A stretch of DNA of 64,000 nucleotides from an uncultured Chloroflexia bacterium (GTDB lineage Bacteria; Chloroflexota; Limnocylindria; Limnocylindrales; CSP1-4): the NCBI GenBank assembly GCA_963813535.1, contig CAWEZH010000002.1, forward strand, positions 1,024,001 to 1,088,000, given 5' to 3'. Positions 8,416-16,883 of this stretch are shown here, one piece after another (positions within the stretch are counted from its first letter, which is position 1; each line of letters opens with the position of its first letter). A program made the position numbers and the translations under genes. Under the pieces are notes generated by a model. That model had not been told where the DNA came from. It saw only the letters and a program-made list of their open reading frames with translations, and did not search any database.

Positions 8416-9810
8416 ATGCGGCGCTCGAGACTGCTCGCGGGTTCGGTCACCGCCGGCTCGATCATCGCGCTGGCGGCCCCGGCCGCAGTGGCCGCGCACT
8501 CCCTCAACCCGACCTACACGAGCCGGTTGCCACTCGCGGTGTACGTTGCCGGCGCGGCGGCGACGGTCGCGCTGTCGTTCATCTTCGTGCTTGTCCGCGA
8601 CGTCCGTGCGGAGCGCCCGGATACGTCGGCGCCGGGTCACCTGCCGCCCGCCTGGCTGCGCTGGACCCTGCGGGTCATCGGGCTCGTCGCCTGGGCGTGG
8701 ATCGTGGCGCAGGGGATCGCCGGCGGCAGCAGCGCGGCCGAGGTCGCGACGCTGTTCCTGCTGGTCTACGGCTGGGTCGGGGTGGCCGGGGTGTCGGCGC
8801 TGGTCGGGCCGGTCTGGCAGTTCCTCGACCCGTTCTCGACGCTCTACGACATCGGCGCGTGGATCGTCCACCGAACGGGCATCCAGCCGTGGGAGCCGGC
8901 GACCTACCCGGAGCGCCTCGGACGATGGCCCGCGGTGGTCGGCTTCGTGGTCGTGACCTGGCTCGAGCTCGTGCTCAAGGCCGGACCCGACGTGCTGTTC
9001 ATCGTGGTCGTCGGGTACACGGCGCTGACCCTGGCGATGATGGCGCAGTACGGTCGCGACACCTGGCGGGCGAACGCCGAGGTCTTCACGGTCTGGTTCC
9101 GGCTGCTCGGCCGCCTTGCCCCGTACGCCCTGGTCGACGAGGACGGCAGGGTCCGTCGACGCTCGTTCGCCAGCGGCCTGCTCGAACCGGGCTGGATCGT
9201 CGCCGACGTGGTCATCGTCGCCCTCGGCGTCGGCACGATCCTCTTCGACGGCCTCTCGCAGACCGCGCTCTGGTTCGAGGCGTTCGGCGTGCCCAGCATC
9301 CCCATCCAGAGCCTGCTCTTCGCCGGCTGGCTCGCGATCGTGGTCGGGGCGGCGCTCGTCGTCACCCGCTACGTCGGTGTCGCCGCGACCGCCGCTGGAC
9401 TGCTCCCGATCGCCGTCGGGTACCTGATCGCCCACTACTTCACGTATCTCGTGATCGACGGCCAGCGCATCGTGGTGGCCGTATCGGACCCGCTCCAGAC
9501 CGGCGCCGACCTGTTCGGCACGGCCTTCTTCCAGCCGTCCGGAGCATGGCTGCCACCCGGATTGGTCTGGACGATCCAGCTGGCGGCCGTGGTCGGCGGC
9601 CACATGCTCGGAGCGTGGGCCGGGCACGTCGTGGCCGCGCTCGACGCCTCATCCGACGTGGAGCGCCGGACGCTCACGATGCGCCAGGTGCCACTGGCCG
9701 TGGTGATGGTCGCGCTCACCACGTTGACCCTGTGGTCGCTCGGACAGGCGATCGTCGTGACGCCGGACCAGGCGGCGGAGATTCAGGCGGTCGCGACCAA
9801 CCGGCTCTGA
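8416..9810 (+). CDS. Multi-pass membrane protein (resembles the FedB 'fenitrothion hydrolase'-annotated family)
   Basis: About 11 hydrophobic segments; WVG...GPVWQFLDPF, LLPIAVGYLIAHY, DPLQTGADLFGTA, VVGGH. Family assignment from memory. Confidence 0.6.
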   Translation: MRRSRLLAGSVTAGSIIALAAPAAVAAHSLNPTYTSRLPLAVYVAGAAATVALSFIFVLVRDVRAERPDTSAPGHLPPAWLRWTLRVIGLVAWAWIVAQGIAGGSSAAEVATLFLLVYGWVGVAGVSALVGPVWQFLDPFSTLYDIGAWIVHRTGIQPWEPATYPERLGRWPAVVGFVVVTWLELVLKAGPDVLFIVVVGYTALTLAMMAQYGRDTWRANAEVFTVWFRLLGRLAPYALVDEDGRVRRRSFASGLLEPGWIVADVVIVALGVGTILFDGLSQTALWFEAFGVPSIPIQSLLFAGWLAIVVGAALVVTRYVGVAATAAGLLPIAVGYLIAHYFTYLVIDGQRIVVAVSDPLQTGADLFGTAFFQPSGAWLPPGLVWTIQLAAVVGGHMLGAWAGHVVAALDASSDVERRTLTMRQVPLAVVMVALTTLTLWSLGQAIVVTPDQAAEIQAVATNRL

Positions 9811-12800
9811 GCCGGCTGTCCCGGCTCTGGGACCCACTCACCGAGCGACCGGACGGTCGCCACCGCCTCCGCGACCGAAGGGTCCAGCGCCTCGGCGGCC
9901 GCCACCGCCGTCTCCATGGCGGTCAGGCAGAGGATCCCTTCGGCCGTCGCCGCGTGGCGGATCTCGGCAGCATCCCGGACGGCACCCGATCGCGGCGTCG
10001 GCGTGTTGACCACCAGGCGGACCTCGCCGCTGGCGATCAGGTCGAGGATCGGCACCTCGCCGATCGACGCCTCGGGCTCCTCGCCCAGCTTCGCGACGGG
10101 CCGTGCGTCGTACCCGACATCGGCCAGGCGCCGCCGCGTCCCGGGTGTGGCCGCCAGCCGATAGCCCGCTCCCGCGAGGCCCGCCGCCAGCCGTCCGAGC
10201 AGGTCCTTGTCGCGATCGGCGATGGACAGCAGCGCCAACGCGCCCGCCTCGCCCGGTCGTGGCGGTACCAGCGCCGCCCCAAGGAGCGCCTTTGCGAGGG
10301 CCACCCGCGGATCTTCGTGGATCCCGATCACCTCGCCCGTCGACTGCATGCCCGGCCCGACCGACGGGTCGACACCACGCAGTTTGGCCGTCGAGAAGGC
10401 CGGCGCCTTCACCGCGACGAACGGCGGCGGCTGCAGCAGCCCACCGCCCCAGCCCAGCTCGTCGAGCGTGGCACCCAGCGAGATCCGCACCGCGAGCTCG
10501 ACCATCGGCACGCCGGTCACCTTGGACATGAACGGGACGGTCCGCGATGCGCGCGGGTTGACCTCGATCAGGTAGACGCCGTCGTCGCGCACGATGAACT
10601 GCGCATTGACGAGCCCGCGGGCACCGAGGGCGAGCACGATCCGCTCCATCGTCGACACGATGAGGTCCTGGTCGCCCTCGCTGACCGTCTGCGGTGGGAA
10701 CATGCCCACGCTGTCACCGGAGTGCACCCCGGCACGCTCGACATGCTCGAGCAATCCGGGGATCAGCACGAGCTCGCCATCGCTCACGGCGTCGATATCG
10801 ACCTCGATGCCCTCGAGGTAGCGGTCGATGCGGACGGGCCGGTCGGGGTCGACCACCGTCGCCAGCGCCAGCTGGCGCTCGAGGTCCTCGGGCGAGTAGC
10901 AGAAATCGATCGCGAGCCCACCGATCACGAACGACGGCCGGACGATGACCGGGTAGCCGATGCGCTCCGCCAGCGTCAGTGCCTCGTCGACGCTGTGGGC
11001 CATGCCGCCGTCCGGCTGGGGGATTCCGAGCCGATCGAGCAGAGCCGCGAACCGGACGCGCTCCTCCGCCTGGTCGATGGCCTCGAGGTCCGACCCGAGC
11101 AGTTCCACGCCACCGGCCGCGAGCGGCGCAGCGAGGTTGAGCGGCGTCTGCCCGCCGTACGCGACGACCGCCGGGATACCTCCCTCGGCGTCGATGACGC
11201 TGCGGACGCTCTCCGGGTCGAGCGGCTCGAAGTACAGCCGCGACGACGCATCGAAGTCGGTGGAGACCGTCTCCGGGTTGGAGTTGATCATCACCGCCTG
11301 CCAACCGTTCTGGCGAAGCGTGTCGGCCGCCTGGACCGCGCAGTAGTCGAACTCGATGCCTTGGCCGATGCGGACCGGGCCGCTGCCGATGACGAGGGCC
11401 GCCGGTCGCTCGACCGGGCCGGCTTCGGGTGTCGAGCCGGCCGCAGCGTACGTGGAGTAGAAGTAGGGCGTCTCGGCGGCGAACTCCGCGGCGCACGTGT
11501 CGACCATCGCGTAGCCCGGCACGATGCCGCGCGCGAGCCGCGCTTCCCGGATGGCATCTGCGGTGGTGCCGGCCAGCCCGGCCAGCTCCTTGTCCCCGAA
11601 GCCCGCGCGCTTCACGGTCGAGAGCAGTACGGCGGCCTCGTCGTCGGTGGGGTCGGCGATGCGCACGCCGGTCACCGACACCTCGTGCTCGAGCGCTACG
11701 TTCCGGCCCATCTCGGCAAGGAACCAGGGTGAGATGCCGGTCGCCTCCCCCACCACGGCCTCCGGGACACCGCGCCGCAGCAGCCCGAGCAGACGCCACA
11801 GCCGCGAGTCCGACGGTCCGAGGAACTGGCGCAAGACGATCGGCGCGCCGCTGCGTTGTGCGAAGCGAGTGCTCTCGCAGGCCTGCCCGGACTCGTCGAT
11901 CCAGTGGATGGGCTCGTCGTCGTCGGGGTCGCCGGCATAGACCCCCGCGAGGTAGTCGAAGGTCGGCGTCCACGACGGATCCTCGGCGAGCGGCCCGGCG
12001 CCCGCCTGCTCCAGCCCGCGGAGCGCCTTGTTGAGCGCCGAGCCGAAGGTCCGGTCGATGGCCATCACCTCGCCGGTCGCCTTCATCTGGCTGCCGAGCG
12101 TCCGGTCGGCGGTCGGGAACTTGTCGAACGGGAAGCGCGGCAGCTTCACGACCACGTAGTCGAGGGCTGGCTCGAACGCCGCGACGGTCGTGCCGGTCAC
12201 GACGTTCGGGATCTCCGCCAGGCGTCGGCCGACCGCGATCTGCGCCGCGACCCGCGCGATCGGGTAGCCGGTCGCCTTGCTGGCTAGCGCGGACGAGCGC
12301 GAGACGCGCGGGTTGACCTCGATCACCGCGTACTCGGTCGAGTCAGGAGACAGCGCGAACTGGACGTTGCAGCCGCCCTCGACGCCGAGCGCACGGATGA
12401 TCGCCAGCGCCGCGCTGCGCAGTCGCTGGTGGACGGCGTCGGTCAGCGTCTGGACGGGTGCGACGACGATCGAATCGCCCGTGTGGACCCCGAGCGGGTC
12501 GACGTTTTCCATCGAGCAGACCGCGATGCACGTGTCGTCGGCATCGCGCATCACCTCGTACTCGATCTCCTGCCATCCGACCAGGCACTTCTCGACCATC
12601 ACCTGGCCGATCGGGCTGGCGCGGAGTCCTGCGCGGACCCGCTCGCGGTAGGCCGCCTCGGTCGGGACGATGCCACCGCCGGTCCCGCCCAGCGTGAACG
12701 CCGGCCGGACGATCGCCGGCAGGCCGATCTCGCGGAGCGCGATGTCGACGTCCTCGTCCTTCTCGACGATCCACGATGGGGCGTAGGGCTGGTCGATCCG

Positions 12801-13214
12801 GTCGAGCAGATCGCGGAAGGCCTCGCGGTCTTCGGCCATCCGGATCGCCTCGAGGGGCGTGCCGAGAAGCCGCACGTCGTACCGCTCGAAGACGCCGGCG
12901 TCGGCGAGCGCCATCGCCAGGTTCAACGCGGTCTGGCCACCGAGCCCCGCCAGGATCCCGTCGGGGCGTTCCTTGGCGATGACGGCCTCGACCGCGTCGA
13001 CCGTGAGGGGCTCGAGGTAGATGGCGTCGGCGACCTGCGGGTCGGTCATGATCGTGGCCGGGTTCGAGTTGACGAGGATCGTTCGCACGCCCTCGGCGCG
13101 GAGCGCGCGACACGCCTGTGTTCCCGCGTAGTCGAACTCGGCAGCCTGGCCGATCACGACGGGACCACTGCCGAGGATCAGGACCGAGGCCGGCTTCGGG
13201 GACGCGTCGGTCAC
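9783..13214 (-). CDS. carB: Carbamoyl-phosphate synthase large subunit
   Basis: GSGPVVIGQAAEFDYAG, NSNPATIMTD, GVHTGDS, EVNPRVSRSSALASKATG, duplicated second half, MGS domain. Confidence 0.98.
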   Translation of the reverse strand: MTDASPKPASVLILGSGPVVIGQAAEFDYAGTQACRALRAEGVRTILVNSNPATIMTDPQVADAIYLEPLTVDAVEAVIAKERPDGILAGLGGQTALNLAMALADAGVFERYDVRLLGTPLEAIRMAEDREAFRDLLDRIDQPYAPSWIVEKDEDVDIALREIGLPAIVRPAFTLGGTGGGIVPTEAAYRERVRAGLRASPIGQVMVEKCLVGWQEIEYEVMRDADDTCIAVCSMENVDPLGVHTGDSIVVAPVQTLTDAVHQRLRSAALAIIRALGVEGGCNVQFALSPDSTEYAVIEVNPRVSRSSALASKATGYPIARVAAQIAVGRRLAEIPNVVTGTTVAAFEPALDYVVVKLPRFPFDKFPTADRTLGSQMKATGEVMAIDRTFGSALNKALRGLEQAGAGPLAEDPSWTPTFDYLAGVYAGDPDDDEPIHWIDESGQACESTRFAQRSGAPIVLRQFLGPSDSRLWRLLGLLRRGVPEAVVGEATGISPWFLAEMGRNVALEHEVSVTGVRIADPTDDEAAVLLSTVKRAGFGDKELAGLAGTTADAIREARLARGIVPGYAMVDTCAAEFAAETPYFYSTYAAAGSTPEAGPVERPAALVIGSGPVRIGQGIEFDYCAVQAADTLRQNGWQAVMINSNPETVSTDFDASSRLYFEPLDPESVRSVIDAEGGIPAVVAYGGQTPLNLAAPLAAGGVELLGSDLEAIDQAEERVRFAALLDRLGIPQPDGGMAHSVDEALTLAERIGYPVIVRPSFVIGGLAIDFCYSPEDLERQLALATVVDPDRPVRIDRYLEGIEVDIDAVSDGELVLIPGLLEHVERAGVHSGDSVGMFPPQTVSEGDQDLIVSTMERIVLALGARGLVNAQFIVRDDGVYLIEVNPRASRTVPFMSKVTGVPMVELAVRISLGATLDELGWGGGLLQPPPFVAVKAPAFSTAKLRGVDPSVGPGMQSTGEVIGIHEDPRVALAKALLGAALVPPRPGEAGALALLSIADRDKDLLGRLAAGLAGAGYRLAATPGTRRRLADVGYDARPVAKLGEEPEASIGEVPILDLIASGEVRLVVNTPTPRSGAVRDAAEIRHAATAEGILCLTAMETAVAAAEALDPSVAEAVATVRSLGEWVPEPGQPAQSRLVATA

Positions 13215-14368
13215 CGAGTCCCACCCTCCCCGCGAGTCGCAGCCACGAACCGGTCGAATACGGCCAGGGCGTCCAGTGGGCCGGGTGCACCCTCCGGGTG
13301 ATACTGGACGGTCTCGATCGGCTTTTCGGCGTGGCGCAACCCCTCCACGGATCTGTCGTTCAGGTTGAGCTGACTCACGTGGAACCCGGAACCCGCCGGG
13401 AGTGAATCACCGACGACCTGGACCTCGTGGTTCTGGGCGGTCACCTGGACGAGCCCGAAATCGACGTCCTGGACGGGATGGTTCGCCCCGTGGTGGCCGA
13501 ACCGCAGCCGCGTGGTGTCGGCGCCAGCGGCGCGCCCGACGATCTGGTGTCCGAGGCAGATCCCCAGCAGCGGCCGCCCATCCTCGATGACCGAGCCGGC
13601 CAGGGCGACCTGCGCGGCGAGCCGGGCGGGGTCGCCCGGTCCGGGCGAGAAGATGACGCCGTCGATATCCGACGAGAGGACGTCCGACGGGTCGACCGTG
13701 TGGGGGAGCACCCGGACGCGCGCTCCGCGGTGGCGCATCGCTCGCACGATGTTCGACTTGAGGCCGAGGTCGACGATCCCGATCAGCGGCCCGCCGTCCT
13801 CCGACCCGCCGAATTCGGTGATCGCCGGTGGTGAGACCTGCCCGACGAAGTCCTGGTCCTCCCATCGAGGGACGGCGCGAGCGGCCGCGCGCGCGGCCTC
13901 AGGATCCGTCTCGCCGGGGGCCGTCACGATCCCGCGCAGGCTCCCGTTCGCTCGAAGATGACGCGCCAGGGCCCGGGTGTCGACGCCGGCCAGTGCCGGT
14001 ATGCCGTCGTCGCGCAGCAGCGCCGCGAGCTGGCGGGCATCGTCGAGGACGGCGGCCGTGGCGTTGGCGACGACGAGCGCCCGCAGCCACGGCCGTGTCG
14101 ACTGGTCGTCATCGAGCAGTCGGCCGTAGTTGCCGATGAGCGGGTAGGTCATGACCACGACCTGACCCGCGTAGGACGGGTCGGTGCAGACCTCCTGGTA
14201 GCCGGTCTGGCTCGTGTTCACGACCAGGTCACCACCGGCGGACACAGGTGCCCCGAATGCCACCCCCGGGAACACGGTGCCGTCCTCCAACGCCAGCAAC
14301 GCCGGCCCGAGGTCGCCGATCCGGGGATCGACGACGGCGCTCGACCGAGGCCGGGGTGGCGCGATCAC
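13211..14368 (-). CDS. carA: Carbamoyl-phosphate synthase small (glutaminase) subunit
   Basis: GYQEVCTDPSY, YPLIGNYG, SPGPGDP, GICLGHQ, FGHHGANHPV, QYHPE. Start GTG 14368 approximate. Confidence 0.97.
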   Translation of the reverse strand: MIAPPRPRSSAVVDPRIGDLGPALLALEDGTVFPGVAFGAPVSAGGDLVVNTSQTGYQEVCTDPSYAGQVVVMTYPLIGNYGRLLDDDQSTRPWLRALVVANATAAVLDDARQLAALLRDDGIPALAGVDTRALARHLRANGSLRGIVTAPGETDPEAARAAARAVPRWEDQDFVGQVSPPAITEFGGSEDGGPLIGIVDLGLKSNIVRAMRHRGARVRVLPHTVDPSDVLSSDIDGVIFSPGPGDPARLAAQVALAGSVIEDGRPLLGICLGHQIVGRAAGADTTRLRFGHHGANHPVQDVDFGLVQVTAQNHEVQVVGDSLPAGSGFHVSQLNLNDRSVEGLRHAEKPIETVQYHPEGAPGPLDALAVFDRFVAATRGEGGTR

Positions 14369-14385
14369 CCGACGGCGACCCGGAT

Positions 14386-14430
14386 AACGAAACACCCACC
14401 CGCCGGCGTGGCGTGGTGGGCGTGGGTATG
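14386..14430 (-). terminator. Attenuator terminator in the carA leader
   Basis: ACCCAC-GCC...GGC-GG-GTGGGT stem followed by GTTTCGTT, between the PyrR element and the carA start. Confidence 0.55.
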
Positions 14431-14449
14431 CGCGGACATCGACGTTGCC

Positions 14450-14507
14450 TCCTTCGCCGGCCTCACGGGACCGGTACGCCGGTCTCACAGGGCCGGCCAT
14501 CCAAGGA
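14450..14507 (-). promoter_or_regulatory. PyrR-binding RNA element with two tandem binding-loop hairpins
   Basis: TCCTT..GCCGGCCCTGTGAGACCGGC-GTA-CCGGTCCCGTGAGGCCGG-CG-AAGGA; the second loop matches the PyrR consensus ARUCCNGNGAGGYU; upstream of carAB. Confidence 0.75.
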
Positions 14508-14569
14508 CGGCGTCAGCGTAGCATCCCGGCCCGACGGCGTGCGCCGGGCCGGGCAGTGTCGTGGCCGGA

Positions 14570-15832
14570 TCAGGCCCCCAGGTACACCCGTTCGGTCGAG
14601 ACCATGGGATCTGGGCAGAACGGCACGTCGCCTTGGGTGTTGAAGCTGGCGTCACCGCCATGGATGAGGACGCTGCCGTCGGGCAGCAGCAGCGCACTGC
14701 CGTCCTTGCGCGGTTCGAGGAGGTCGGGACCCACCGACCAGGCGTCGGCGACGGGGTCATAGAGTTCCGTCGTGACGGTGGCCTGGACACCGCTGCCGTC
14801 GGCGTCATAGACGGCACCACCGGCGACGAAGGCGCGCCCGTCCGCGAGGGTCGTGATCAGGGCGCCCTCTCGGGCCGTCGCCATCGGCGCGACCTCCGCC
14901 CACGTTCCGGTCTCGCCGTCGTATCGCTCGACGCGGGTCGACAGCTGCTGACCCTCGGCGACCTCCTCGTAGCCGAAGGCCAGGACGTCGCCACCGTCGA
15001 TCGGTACGAACCGCGGCTGGCGGACGACGCGCGGGCCGTCGATGGGCGTCCATGTCCTAGCGGCCGGATCGAAGAGCTGCAGCGCCACGTCGACCTCGAA
15101 GCCGAAGCCGACGGCCAGGACGCGATCGTCCGTGAGCCGGATGAAGGACAGGACCCCGAAGCCGTCGATGGGCGGACCTGCCGACCACGCCGTGGCGCCC
15201 GCATCGAGCAGCTCGGTGGTCGTGGTGTCGCCGGTCTCACCTCTCGCCACGACGCTGCCGACCATGACGCGTCCATCGGCGAGAGTGACCGCGGCGGGGT
15301 CACCACGGGCGACGTCGAGGAGCGGTCCGTCAGTCCACGAACCCGTGGTCGGGTCGAACAGCTTGGTGCTCGAATAGAGCTGGTCGTCGGGGTTCGTCCC
15401 GCCCACGACCAGGGCACGGCCATCGGACAGGCCGACCGTTGCGAAGGACTTTCGTGGCTTGTTGAGGCTCTCGGCCTCGGTCCACCGATCGGCCGCGGGG
15501 TCGTACCGCTCGGCCGTTTCGCTGCCGGGTTCGGCCGGCCCGGGCAGGCACGCGACGTCGTCGCCTACGGCCAGGACCGTCCCGTCGCCGAGCACCAGCG
15601 AGTCGAAGCCGGTCCGTGCGCGAAGCATCGGCGCAGCGCGCTCGACGCGGACCGCGGGTGCGCTTGGAGAGGGTGAACCAGGCGCCGACGGCGACCCGGA
15701 CGACGGTGCGGCAGTCGGCGCCGACGGCGCGACGGTGGGCGTCGGGCTGGCCGGTGCCGGCGAACCGCATGCTGCCACGAGAACGAGGCTCAGTAGAAGG
15801 GTGGTCGGGCGAAGGAGTGTGGGCGTTTCCAT
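14570..15832 (-). CDS. Kelch-repeat beta-propeller lipoprotein
   Basis: Lipobox VAAC, Pro/Ser linker, repeated L.DGRxLVxGG...E.YDP...W units. Confidence 0.88.
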   Translation of the reverse strand: METPTLLRPTTLLLSLVLVAACGSPAPASPTPTVAPSAPTAAPSSGSPSAPGSPSPSAPAVRVERAAPMLRARTGFDSLVLGDGTVLAVGDDVACLPGPAEPGSETAERYDPAADRWTEAESLNKPRKSFATVGLSDGRALVVGGTNPDDQLYSSTKLFDPTTGSWTDGPLLDVARGDPAAVTLADGRVMVGSVVARGETGDTTTTELLDAGATAWSAGPPIDGFGVLSFIRLTDDRVLAVGFGFEVDVALQLFDPAARTWTPIDGPRVVRQPRFVPIDGGDVLAFGYEEVAEGQQLSTRVERYDGETGTWAEVAPMATAREGALITTLADGRAFVAGGAVYDADGSGVQATVTTELYDPVADAWSVGPDLLEPRKDGSALLLPDGSVLIHGGDASFNTQGDVPFCPDPMVSTERVYLGA

Positions 15833-15887
15833 GGCCAGAGAGACGCTACCCCCGCGGCGTTGTGGCGCCGCGACGATCGACTGTCGG

Positions 15888-16850
15888 TCAGTTGACAGAC
15901 ACCGTGCGAGCGAACGTCTCGAGCAGGATGGCGACGAACCTACGCTCGTCGGCATCGAGTGCGACATCGACGTTCGGCTCTCGTCGACTCCGGAAGTTCG
16001 TGTCGACGACCGTCTCACCGACGGTGAGCTCGCCAGTCGTCTCGACGTCCACGTGTAGGTGGTGCGTGGTGATCACGCTGGGATCGACGATCGAGGCGAC
16101 GGCCAGGGCGTCGTGCACCGGGGCGGCGTGCGGCCGCTTCATCGGCTGGGTGGTGTCGTAGCCCTGGATCCGTCGCTCGGTGAATGTCGCCGCCGCGTTG
16201 GCGGCCGGTGTGCTCAGGGCCCGGAGCGCGGCACAGTCGTCGAGCGAGACGAGGGCCTGATGCGTGGCGTCGAGGGGCACGAGCGTGATCTTGCGGATGC
16301 CGCTGTTGATGACGACGCGGGCGGCCTCCGGGTCAGCCCACACGTTGAACTCGGCGCGTGGGGTCACGTTCCCGTAGCGGTTCGCGCCGCCCATGATCAC
16401 GAGCGCGGGGATGCGGTCCTTGAGCCGTGGCTCCTTCAGCAAGGCGGTCGCGACATTCGACAACGGCCCGACCGGGACGAGGATGATCTCCTCGGTCGCC
16501 GCGCGGTACGTCTCGATGAGGAAGTCGATCGCGCCGGTCGCCTGCTTCGATGACGTCGAGGGCGGGATGTCGAGATACCCGCCGTGGACGGCATTCGAGC
16601 TCTGGATGTCGCCGCGTGGGATCGGGAAGTCGTCGCGTTGCATCGGGCGATCGACACCCTCGTAGACGGGCACCGCCATACCGATATGGTCGAAGACTCG
16701 CAACGAGTTCTCGGTGCAGTAGTCGACCGGAACGTTGCCGTTGACGGTCGTCGCAGCGATGAGCTCCAAGTCGGGGTGGAGTGCCGCGAGCATCAGCGCG
16801 ACGGCATCGTCGGTCCCGGTGTCGACGTCGAGGATGACCTTCTGTGCCAT
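15888..16850 (-). CDS. Inosine/uridine-preferring nucleoside hydrolase
   Basis: DVDTGTDDA, GPLSN, MGG, AEFNVWADPEAA, HDA. Confidence 0.95.
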   Translation of the reverse strand: MAQKVILDVDTGTDDAVALMLAALHPDLELIAATTVNGNVPVDYCTENSLRVFDHIGMAVPVYEGVDRPMQRDDFPIPRGDIQSSNAVHGGYLDIPPSTSSKQATGAIDFLIETYRAATEEIILVPVGPLSNVATALLKEPRLKDRIPALVIMGGANRYGNVTPRAEFNVWADPEAARVVINSGIRKITLVPLDATHQALVSLDDCAALRALSTPAANAAATFTERRIQGYDTTQPMKRPHAAPVHDALAVASIVDPSVITTHHLHVDVETTGELTVGETVVDTNFRSRREPNVDVALDADERRFVAILLETFARTVSVN

Positions 16851-16883
16851 GGCGTCGAGTCTACGGAAGCGATCGATGGCTCA

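Noticed and set aside
8697-11732. 1011-aa plus-strand ORF and other long overlapping ORFs (17517..19583, 54871..56916, 60820..62850, 5' part of 6540..8405)
   Set aside because: Antisense or off-frame shadows of well-supported genes; Arg/Gly/Pro-rich with no motifs, as expected at high GC.
11805-12010. CarB insertion as an intein
   Set aside because: Too short, and lacks the N-terminal Cys/Ser and C-terminal His-Asn splice motifs.
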